Below, one piece after another: positions 53,451 through 64,000 of a DNA stretch of 64,000 nt. The stretch spans positions 14,258-78,257 of the forward strand of contig NW_021833261.1 of assembly GCF_006345805.1 (NCBI RefSeq), written 5' to 3'. The position numbers and the translations under genes were made by a program. The stretch is from Octopus sinensis (taxonomy: Eukaryota). The notes beneath the pieces were generated by a model. It did no database searches. It was given only the letters and a program-made list of their open reading frames with translations, and was not told the DNA's origin. Position 1 is the first letter of the stretch. Each line of letters starts with the position of its first letter.

Positions 53451-54889
53451 TCGAACACAAGGATATAAAATAATATTACATGCAGATGACTCGTTGCAAA
53501 TAGATCAGATTGTTTGCAGCAGCGAAGTTTCTGTCGTAGAAACTGAGCATTTGTTTCATGATATTCTAAAACAACACGCATGAAACATGGGCCTGAGAGT
53601 GAAAGACACCTGAGAGGATGTTGCATGGTGAACGGACACTGTCAAAGAAGATTCCTAGCGAATATCTTGAAGAAACATGAGCAAACGACAATGGTTATCC
53701 ATGCTACAGGTGACGCCAAGGAGGGACGATACAAGTTACTAAAGTTAATAATAGGTGTGTAGTCCTCAATAGAAAGGACCAATGTCGTACTTTCAAAGCG
53801 CATGTAAATATGCAAATATGTCCGACTACCAAGTCAATGAAATACATATTCGAGTAACTCTATAAAGGCTACAAGAACATTAAATTTAATATAAGTAAAT
53901 GAAAGATGGACGTTGAAGTTGTACATGATGAAAATATATAACAGACCCCATGCTATTATACTCGCTGCCAGTGCAACAGCAAGAATCTTTCTTTTACGGA
54001 GAAAGTAATGAGAAAGAAGCGTTAGAGAGAGAGAAGAGCTGCCCGTCGTAACACGCCTCTACCATCATGGTTTGTCCTTAGTAAATGATACAGAAATACA
54101 AGACGCCGGTTGCATATTGATATTCCTTATCATTATGTGTGTGACAAAGGGATGACTGTTTGGAAACTACACGAGAGATGAGAAGAGAGAATTATTTCAA
54201 GACTTTAGTTTCCAAGTCCAAAGCAAAAAGAAATATTTTATCTGAGATTGTTATTGTTACCTGTTGAAGGAGCTCGCATTTTTTGACGATCTTAAAATAG
54301 CTGATGGTGTATGATATAAGTTGGCATGAAATAGCTGTCATCGTTTTAATAACGCAAGTGGAAATATACTTTATAAATGAGTGCGACCCTTTAGTTTCAA
54401 CTCACAGCGGGAAATGTCACATTTAAGAATTATTGGAATTTTTAAAAGAATGAAAAACGGCAAAGTCTTTAGATACGAAATTTATCAATGGTTGCTTTAA
54501 TTGTTTTTGATAAAGTTGTTGGTATTTTTGTATAGTAGTATAAACATGCATACGCATACACATGCAAAAGCACACACACATACACACACGTACATGCACA
54601 TGCATTCACACAGACCGGCACGCACACACACATACACACACATATATATTTATATGTATCATCTGGTGATCTTATGCCCTCTCAATCGTTAAGTCAATAC
54701 CTTTTCACCCGGAGTATCTTTATAAAGTGTATTGAATAGATACAAACACTCCAGTTGTGGAATACAATGCCAGCTAATAGTGATAAATCGATACGAAGTT
54801 CATATAATGATTATCTTTCATTAAGAGGATAAATTCAAGCAAGTTACATCTCGTTTTCGACAGCCATTTCTACCTAGAAAACAGACAGG

Positions 54890-54920
54890 ATGTTGAGGAG
54901 GAATTATATTCGAATTATTT
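54890..54920 (+). CDS. PAN-protein gene B, coding exon 1 (MLRRNYIRII)
   Basis: ATG, 31 nt, GTAAGT donor. Confidence 0.7.
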
Positions 54921-55029
54921 GTAAGTAAATGTTTTATTGTATAATTAATATGCTTTTAATTTTTTAAGAATTTAGCCATCACGACTGAGACCCCACAAGA
55001 ACACATTTTGTATATATATGTATATATAT

Positions 55030-55126
<97 letters not shown>

Positions 55127-55288
55127 TTCAGCAAAAATATGGTACTTAAGTTGAGGGACCAGAATTTAGTACGGTATTATCCATACAATTTCAAATTAAT
55201 GTGATTAAAATCAAAATAAGCAACAAGGATATTCAAAAATAATGCAATTTTCTCCTCTCTCTCTATTGTGGTAAAACTTTGGTATATA

Positions 55289-55808
55289 ACGTAAATCCTC
55301 GAGTATAATCCGCATTTTTTCCTAAAATCTAAAGATCAACATACCTAGTGCGTACTATATACGAGGTTAAAAATGAAAATTATTTTCTAAGCTATGTACG
55401 AGTCTCTATTTGCTCTCTGGCTATGTTTATTCAGACGCATTTTGTGATGTCGGGCGTGAAAATACCTTAAGCTAAACCTGAAAGCAATGAAGTCATAAAA
55501 GAATCATCCATAACTTGCAGTAAGCAACATTTCTTAAACGTTATTACTCTTATCTCTTTATTTTCTGCAAACAAAATGCACAAAAATACTACACGTTCCC
55601 ACTATGTTATATATACAATAATAATAAAGGACGTTACCATATACATTTTTACAAACAAAGGATGTTATATAGACCTCCTTGACTCAAGTTAGAGAAGGAG
55701 TGCATATTATACACAAGGTTTAGGTTTTTCAGAGGTACACCCCCCCAAAAAAAAAGAAAATCCCCTGCGTGTTATACTCAAGGGCGGACTATACTCGAGG
55801 ATTTACGG
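55289..55808. mobile_element. pogo/Tigger-like MITE (copy B)
   Basis: TIRs and TA duplication as at 6558-7073. Confidence 0.7.
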
Positions 55809-56940
55809 TACTCCAAATATTCAAAGAAGTTTTATTCTTATGTTAAAATTTCATTCTTAATAATCTTCTTGATTACCCTAAATTTTAACTTTACACAATA
55901 AGACAATATCGTTTGAAAAGATCTTTAGAAATTACTTGATTTATCTCTTTCTTAAATGGCTCTACCCTCCGGATCTTAGTATTGACAAGGGCCTTTATAT
56001 AAATAACCCTTCTAAACAAGTACAACTAAGAAACTATAAATATCATGTAGGGAGTAACAATATTAACTTCTTAAATCTATGATATAACACTTAATCAAAA
56101 AAAAAGATTAGTGTAAAATATGATTGTTCCATAACTTAAATATTCCTTTAGCTGACATCAAACATCAGTCTTCAATTCATATTAGCTAAATAAGTAAATA
56201 TATAATTTTTAGTCTAATATATTTTGAATTATTATATTTTTTCTAAAAATCATTTCTATTGGTGTTAATAAGCTACATATGATTTACCATAGTATTGGTA
56301 ATTAAGCTATTTTATTTCCTTTTCTATGGTGTTCTGCCCTACATGATCATTTTATTGTATTTCTTTATTATTTTATAGCCTTTATTTATAAAATTAATTC
56401 TAATTTTTGTATCTCTATAAATTCATACTATACTGGTATATTCACTACTTATAAAAAAAACCCGCTTAGATTATAATTTTGTTTATATATAATTAACATG
56501 TTCCTTTGCTTCAATACTCCTTTATTAATACCAGTTTATACCAATTAATCAATATTTTATTCACCACTGAGTATCACAAGGAACGATTGTCATGTGACTA
56601 TATCTTAATAATGTTACATGCAGACGACCCGTTGACACAACAATATTTCTCTGAAGAGAAACGTTTGCGTAACCAAATTCTTGCCAAAATGAAAGACTAC
56701 GGTGCGTGGAAACAATTTTAGGGTTTACAAATAAATGTTCCTTCGTATTCCTTCTTTTTGACTCCAACTTATGCAATTATACATGTATGTATATATATGT
56801 ATGTGTGTTTTTATATGTATGCACATATATATACACATGTGTATACATACATTCATACATACATATATACATACATGCATACATGCATATATATATATAT
56901 ATATATATATATACATGCATATATATATATATACATACAT

Positions 56941-57018
<78 letters not shown>

Positions 57019-57027
57019 ATATATTTT

Positions 57028-57059
<32 letters not shown>

Positions 57060-57063
<4 letters not shown>

Positions 57064-57305
57064 AATATTAGGGAATAAATCCAAATTTACAGGGAAAATC
57101 AGATTTAAGATTGAATCCAATTTTATAGTAAAATATTATATAATATTAATTAGAGACAAAACCACTATTTTGCAAATCAAACAAAGAAAGACTTAATCCA
57201 ATACATAAAAAAATTTTAATATAAATTAAATAAAATTATATTCGCCACTACAATTGTCTCTTCTCAGGACATTCATCAGGTGGATTTCAGGTCTTCTATT
57301 CTATT
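57060..57305 (-). mobile_element. PLE-type terminal fragment with hammerhead-like motif (copy B only)
   Basis: Minus strand CCAC-CTGATGA-N12-GAG-ACAATTGT-A-GTGG; adjacent to (TA)n. Confidence 0.5.
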
Positions 57306-58152
57306 TTAAGTTAGTGGGTGAATATTAACAGGACCTAATTCTTCTGAACAATGCCTTTTCCTTGTCCAGTTAGGTGAAAATTAATCAGGGATCGATGGTT
57401 GTTACTAGACTCCACAACACTCACCCTCAGTGTTCGTTGATTGTCACTCATTTCCACGACACTCACTCTCTTGAGATATTGGCTATTTTTATGCCATCTC
57501 TATTACTTAAATCCAACAAGACTATTTTGAATCGTTGTGTAAAAGTCTGGTAGTTTAATATGGAAGAATTAGTTAATATAAATTTTATGTCGTAACTCTC
57601 TACGACAATTTTCTTTGACTTCTAAATGTACTGTAAATATTAAATGTAAATAAATAAACTAATTTAGTAAATAATTTCTCTTTCTTCATTTTCTTCAACC
57701 TGTTAATGAGATTTATTTCTGTTTCAATGAAACTGTGGTTAATTCTACGAACAAGTTATACGTAATACTTTCACTAAAGTCTCTGAAGTGTCTAGAATGT
57801 TCTCTTCCAAAAAATACTGATGCTTCTGATCTCGTTTGAAACAAATAACATTTCTTTTTCTTTCTTCCTCTTTTTCTATTTTTGCTACTCTCTCTTTTTA
57901 TCTCACCCTCACTCCTCCTACCCCTCTCTCTTCTGTTCCCTCTCTTTCTATCCATCACCAAATTATCGCACTCCCTCCTTATTTCAATGGATAATTTTAT
58001 GGTGATGTAGTGGTGGTCATCGCCGTATTTGTTACTGAATTATGCTTGTAGCACTTCTCTTTCTTATTCCTTTCATCTTCATTCTTTGTAAATTAATGTT
58101 AAACGTGAATATGAAATATGAAATGCTTTTCCAAAATAAATTTTCATTGCAG

Positions 58153-58188
58153 TTCTCTTCTACATCTCACTGACATTTGGAAATGGAC
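58153..58188 (+). CDS. PAN-protein gene B, exon 2 (36-nt microexon)
   Basis: Identical to 10251-10286 with AG/GTAAGT sites. Confidence 0.75.
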
Positions 58189-58746
58189 GTAAGTAAATTT
58201 ATATCAATATATAGATATATATCTATGAAAATTATGAAAATCACTACTGAAAACTTTAATTTATAAGTTCAGTGGAGGAAAATATTTTCCTTTTCTAAGT
58301 AAATTAGATGAAAAGAAAACTCAAGATAAATCTCGTATTATGACGAATTCAATTCTTAACATAATTTCCATTGGTGATAATTCAGTTTTCCGTCAGTTTG
58401 TAAGCATTTTGTTAAATAAAACAAAGGGCTGGTATTAGGGGACATTCTTTACAACCGACAACCGTTAAACATTATAGTATATAACTTGTGAATCATTTAA
58501 ATAATAGAATTAATTAAACAGCATTTAAAACTCATTCGCAGTCATTTTCATTAAACAGATTATATATCCCAAGATGCTTTGTACCTTACAATATGGTAGT
58601 AACAACTCTATCACTTATTCCTGGTAAAAATATCAATGCTGATCCTCAAACATTTAATATTCTCTATCTTTATTATTATCTATTTTCACAATGTTTTATT
58701 TTCGTCTTCGTATTTTGGTTGTTAAATTTGCCTGGCTTTGTTACAG

Positions 58747-59004
58747 TTGAATATCTGAAGTATTTTATGAAAGTACCAAACTGTGCTCTGAAAGACGGTA
58801 AAACATTGATGACACTTGACCTGGACGCCTTCAACTGTTCGAAGAGTTGTTTTGAAACTTCTGCATGTAAATCCTTCGTGAGCAGAACGATAAGTCCAAG
58901 CTGTATTTTATACGAAGAAGACTCAACAGAGAGGATGCTAATAAGTGAATATAATACCCATTTTTATCAGTTGAGAAGATCTGTGCCGACCAAGTATAGA
59001 GACG
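58747..59004 (+). CDS. PAN-protein gene B, exon 3 (PAN/Apple-like domain 1)
   Basis: 258 nt, open, phase 1-1, four core Cys conserved; later exons are not in the window. Confidence 0.85.
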
Positions 59005-59784
59005 GTAAACAAATTTGAATCTTTTTGTGTTTATTTCATTCCTTGACTTGTATTCTATGTTTTAGTCCAAAGAGAGACAATACGGTTAGCATTTGAAAAT
59101 TGACTGCGATTTCTCTGGTCGATGTAGATAAGCGTGAGTTGATAAATAATTGTTTGCAGAGTTTTCATTCCGGAGAGTTAAAGTTCTAATAAAGTTTTGA
59201 GTGATGTGTTTAGCAGAAAATTTAGAAACGGATTGAGACACAAGATTACCGAGGAGGGAAGAGAAAATGTAAAGTTTTTTAAGACCTTTTTGTCATGTGA
59301 CTAACAGAGAAGTTTCTCAATATATTTGATGATGAAAATAATGCATGTCTGGTGTGTAATATTTGTGTATGGATGACATCAGTTTATGAGGGAGACGAAA
59401 AGGGATCTTAAAATAAAACAGAATATGATAAGAGTTTTTAAAATTACGCACAATAATTACACAAGATGCTTAACTGAATGTGTAACTCAGATTTTATGTT
59501 TTAAAATATAAATCAAAGATAATGGGAAAAAAGTAGGGTAACTTACTCACAAATGAGTGAAAACTCTCAAACTGGATCACATCAGAATTACCCACAATCT
59601 TGAGTAACACTCTATATTTCTCTCTCTCTCTCTCTCTCTCACTTTTTCTATATATCGTCTTCTCTTTCTCTCTCTCTCTTTCTTTCTCTTTCTCTCTCCC
59701 TCATTCATTCTCTCTCCCTCTCCATTCTCTCTCCCTCTCCATTCTCTCTCTTCTCTTTCTTTTCTATATATGTTATTCATGTCC

Positions 59785-60840
59785 AGAGTGCCCCAGAACG
59801 ATTTACCCGTGTGTAAAACTCTTCCTAAAGAATATCGGTTCAGGTAATATCTACATTTAACGTAAAGATTTGGTTATGTCTTTTGTTCGTGTGTCTATTG
59901 TTTCGTTCGTCTAAAATTGGTTTGCAAACAAACATGGCGTCGAAAGCAAAACATGACGAGATTGTTGCTTTGAGAGCAGCTAGAGTGAGAAGCGATGACA
60001 TAACAAAACGGTTGAATGTGTGTTGTAAAACTGCTCAATACCTGGGAACAATATATGGAGTCCGCTACAACTTCTAGCAAGCCAATTCCTGGTAGGAAGC
60101 GAACAATTGGAATATTGAAGCTGTGAAGAAACGAATGGACGGAAATCCCCGCAGTATGCAAGAAAAGCTGCAACAGCTCTTGATATTTCGAAATCGTCAA
60201 TGAACAGGATTTTTAAAGTGGATTTAAAACTTGCTGCAAAAAAGAAATAATCCAAGCGGTCAATTTCAGCAACATCCAAGAAGAAACGGCTCGACAGGGG
60301 TAAAACTATGTTAGCTGAGATGAAGCGTGCCACTAACAAAGTGCTGATATGGTCCGATGAGAAACTATTCACCGTGGAGGCAGTTCCCAATAGAATGACA
60401 GGCTTTATGCATATAATGCAGGGGACTTGCCCGACGGTAACAGGATTCGTATACGCCATCAGAAGACAGCTTCTCTCATAGTGTGGGTTACAGATGCATC
60501 AAATGGGTCCAAGCCTCCATTGATCTTCATCGATTCTGGGCGTCAAGGATAACAGTGAGGCTTATTTGGAAATGTTGGATGAGATAGTGTTACCCTGGAT
60601 CACAGAAACCTTTGGTGACCGTTACACCTTCACTCTAGACAGGGCTCCGGCCCACACATCCAATTTGGGACAGAGGTGGTTTAAAGAGCATTTCAACGGT
60701 TTTGGAGACAAGAAAATACGGCCTCTCCTAAGTCTAGATGTCAATCCCATGGACTTTGCAATTTTAGGTATCTGAAAGAGTAATGTTTCTGCACGTTCCT
60801 ATTCAAATGTGTCAGAATTCAAGAGAGATCTTCTGTCTTT
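59785..60840 (+). mobile_element. Degenerate DD37D (maT-type) Tc1-mariner element
   Basis: MASKAKHDEIVAL HTH start; LIWSDEKLFTVE; 37 residues between the D of LDRAPAH and the D of NPMDF; frameshifts. Confidence 0.75.
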
Positions 60841-60849
60841 ATGGGTCAA

Positions 60850-62560
60850 TTTTTTAATTGCTTTTTTTTCATTTCTGTACATATCATTATGTCTTCTTGG
60901 GCTTCTATATTTATTAACGTGTCTTGGATTTCATGCAGCCACTCCGCTTCATCATTGAATATTTACCTGATTATTCTGGCCTTGCCAAAGACACAAACCT
61001 TTTGTTACAGTTCTACTAAGCCCTTTTTCCAGTGTCTTTTATACCTCTCATGGTGCCTTCTGAAAATGTCCCCAAGGACCCAACAATAATTGGAACTATC
61101 TTCACCTTCTGCATTTCCCATAACCGAGCTTTTTCGTACTTAACAAGTGTTGTATTTATTTATTTTATCGCCTTCTTTCTTGACTATTCGTGAGTCAAAG
61201 GAGTATGCAGCATCAACGATATAGCATATGCGGTCCACCACCACTATGTCCGGTCTGTTAGCTCTAGCACTTGATCTGTTTGGATTAAGAAATCCCACGT
61301 GATTTTGCTAGTCTCCGATTCCACCACTCGAGCAGGAGTTCCAATCTCACACAGAAATGGGTAGAGACGATATTGTCCACGAAAGGTTGGGTGGAAGTGG
61401 CGAATGCGTACATAGTTTCCCTCATCTATTACCACCTGACAATCGTCCATTGCCCTGCTTTGTAGCTGACCAAGCTAGAACGGTTAGTATCCCGCCTTCT
61501 CTGGAAAAGACGTTTTCCCCTCGTCATACGGTTTTTTGCTAACAACAGCCACAGAGTGGAGGACCGGGCGTGCCCTGGCTAATGATGTACAGATATACGC
61601 TGAGGCTACAACATCTCCAGCATTTTCTTAACGGTGAACAGATGTGGTCACTGTTTGTCAAGTAGGATTTTCTGCAGCTCATGTCATTATCGGAGTTATA
61701 GTACTCAATGAAGCGTAGACCCAGAAAGGACGCGTGACACTTGGAGTGTTAGCAAAAGCTCAGAGCCTCCTGTCAGTCGGGCAACGCAGTCAGAGGAAGT
61801 TCCACTGCGGAGTTTTATAGGGGATTAGTAGCGGGTAAGAATCACGTCGTCCTTGTAGAAACTCTGGGCGTCAGAAGAGATCAACTAACTGATCATTTCC
61901 GGGGGACTATCAGGCCGAATCGTATGAATAAATTCCAAAATTCTATGGCCTGGATGTGCTATCGGGGAGCTCAGCCAGCTCCAAACAATCTCTGCAGACA
62001 CAAAAGTGCTGTCAGACTGGTTGGTTAGAGGTGTGCGCAGAACGACGAAACCGTCCTGTACGCACTCATCCAGTGTCCTTGCATTACTGACTTATGGAGC
62101 TTTGTCAAACGGTTGTTATCGCGTGTAGGACAGATCCGGTTATCATCTGAGTCCATCGTGAAGATCGCCCGGATGCCGCATTCCTTTGACCAGGAAGAAA
62201 AGACAGTTTTCCTCTGTCTGGTAGCTATGGCGAAAGCGGTTGACGAATCTGAGCAGACTGAAGACATATGCTTTCCTCTTGGGCCAAACCCTCATTGACT
62301 TTTTCAAGTTCCACTTAAAAAGGTAAGTGAGGGTAGAAAGGGAAGTTCTGCTCCCCAGTAATTTGATGAAAGGTGGGTGTATGTGATTAGGATGGTCCTA
62401 GTAAAGGGGCCTGCTCTGAACTTTCGTTTGTAAACCGGAGGAGTTGAGAAGGAGAGAGGTGCCTACTGAGTTGCACTGGCGGTCGGAATAACCAGGTAGT
62501 GTGGGGGTCTGTGGTTGTCCCTGTGAGGAGCTAACCCCTTTTGGGGAATTTTTATTGTTC
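60850..62560 (-). mobile_element. Degenerate RLE-type LINE fragments
   Basis: PARVVESETSKITWDFLIQTD is RLE-LINE-like; heavily disrupted. Confidence 0.55.
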
Positions 62561-62692
62561 AATTTTTTTGTTATCTATTTTCTGTTACTGATTGTATATA
62601 CGGCATTGTTCAACACCCCACTTGTCCCTTTGTGTTGTATTGTCCCTATTTTTATAAGAACGGTCCAATATAAGAAAGTATTACTATTATTA

Positions 62693-62768
<76 letters not shown>

Positions 62769-63059
62769 CTTTATTATAATTATAAGAAAACTTACAGCTT
62801 ATTTTGCTGGGTATGATGGAAAGTGTCAGCTGTCCACAAGCAGCGGACTAAGGTGACACATATTTACTGGTCATGCTTCAAGGACCCTGCGAAGAATTCT
62901 TGTAGTTCCAAGCAATGCTGATTTTTGTAGGCGTTCTACCTTCACACTTGCACCGATCTTTTTCAGCCATGCTGGTAAGTTAGTGCTGATACTTCCAAGT
63001 GCATCAATTATCCTGGGTATCACGACTACTCTCCTCATTAACCACAACATTATTATTAA

Positions 63060-63093
<34 letters not shown>

Positions 63094-63094
63094 C

Positions 63095-64000
63095 AGTAGT
63101 TTTATTTTTATAGCGTGCTTTCACTTCACTACCGAGCGCAGCACTGTATGCCTTGGGTATGTGCTATGATTTGTTGTGATGCTCTGATGGTTATTGTATG
63201 GAAAGTGTTCTGCGTAGGATGTGTGCAGTGCCTAGTAGTGCAATTTTCTGTATGTTATATGTGTTTGTAAGTCCTGGTGTTTTTGTTATGTATTTATCTG
63301 AATATTTTTTTATCATGCCTAATGCACCTACTATGATAGGAATTGTTTCCGTTTTCAGATTCCACATTCTAGTTACCTCTATTTCCAGGTCTTTGTATTT
63401 TGAGAGTTTCTCCATTTCTTTTAGAGACACGTTGTCATCTGCCGGTATTGATACATCAATTAGAAAGCATTTTTTTTTCTTCATGATCTCTGACAACTAT
63501 ATCTGGTCTGTTGGCCTTAATTATTCTATCTGTGTGTATCGGCATATCCCAGAGTATGGTTGCTTTCTCGTTTTCTGTGACCTTTTCTGGTGTGTGCCTA
63601 TACCATCTTTTTACTGTTGTTATTCTATAATGTTGGCATAGCTTCCAGTGTATGTAGGTTCCAACTCTGTCATGTCTGTGAATATATTCCTTCTTAGCCA
63701 GGACTGGGCAGCTAGAGATAATATGATTTATTGTTTCTTGTCCATCTCCACATATTCTGCAGTTACTTGTAATATTTCTTTTCATTACTTGTTTTTGGTA
63801 ATTTCTGGTGGGGAGGCTTTGGTCTTGTTTCTGCTTTGAGTCCTGAGCTTCTCAACCATTGCTGGGATTTTTCTTTGTCTATTTCTTTTGCGTTTAGTTT
63901 AGTGCAGTATTTACCATGAAGGGGCTATTCTTGCCATCGTTTTATCATGGTTCGTTGCTGTTCTATTTTTAGTTTGGATTTCATTTGTTTTATAGCTTTT
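63095..64000 (-). mobile_element. 3' end of an R4/Dong-like LINE ending at (AAT)n; continues beyond the window
   Basis: CRICGDGQETINHIISSC, RHDRVG, ANRPDIVV, KYKDLEIEV; 3' UTR runs into the AAT repeat at 63050-63090. Confidence 0.92.

Larger units (their letters stand above)
47594..59203 (+). repeat. Segmental duplication, copy B
   Basis: 47594-47787 matches 1559-1747 and 52926-59203 matches 1741-11285; the 5.1 kb between has no counterpart in copy A. Confidence 0.88.

Overview
Eukaryotic, AT-rich, microsatellite-dense DNA. The SINE and LINE content suggests an octopus or other cephalopod, but that is inference. No prokaryotic genes, rRNA, bona fide tRNA or CRISPR array were seen. The main signal is missed by the ORF track: a five-exon plus-strand gene (exons 6262-6292, 10251-10286, 10843-11100, 24615-24845, 35607-35803; all introns GT-AG and phase 1). 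It splices to a 250-aa protein with a signal peptide and three PAN/Apple-like domains. A tandem paralog starts at 54890 (exons 1-3 are in the window) within a segmental duplication (~1559-11285 vs ~47594-59203), and an orphan, frameshifted copy of exon 4 lies at 44988-45153. Between copies, coding sequence has diverged mainly by amino-acid changes; for exon 4 the flanking introns stay nearly identical, as in toxin or immune gene families. The rest is transposon-derived: many R4/Dong-like RLE LINEs at (AAT)n tracts (one near-intact), Penelope-like elements with hammerhead-like motifs, DD34D, DD41D and DD37D Tc1/mariner elements, a pogo-like MITE, Gypsy and Helitron relics, tRNA-derived SINEs, and a palindromic element with tRNA-like heads. 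Coordinates of degenerate repeats are approximate, and family names come from motif recognition, not database searches.
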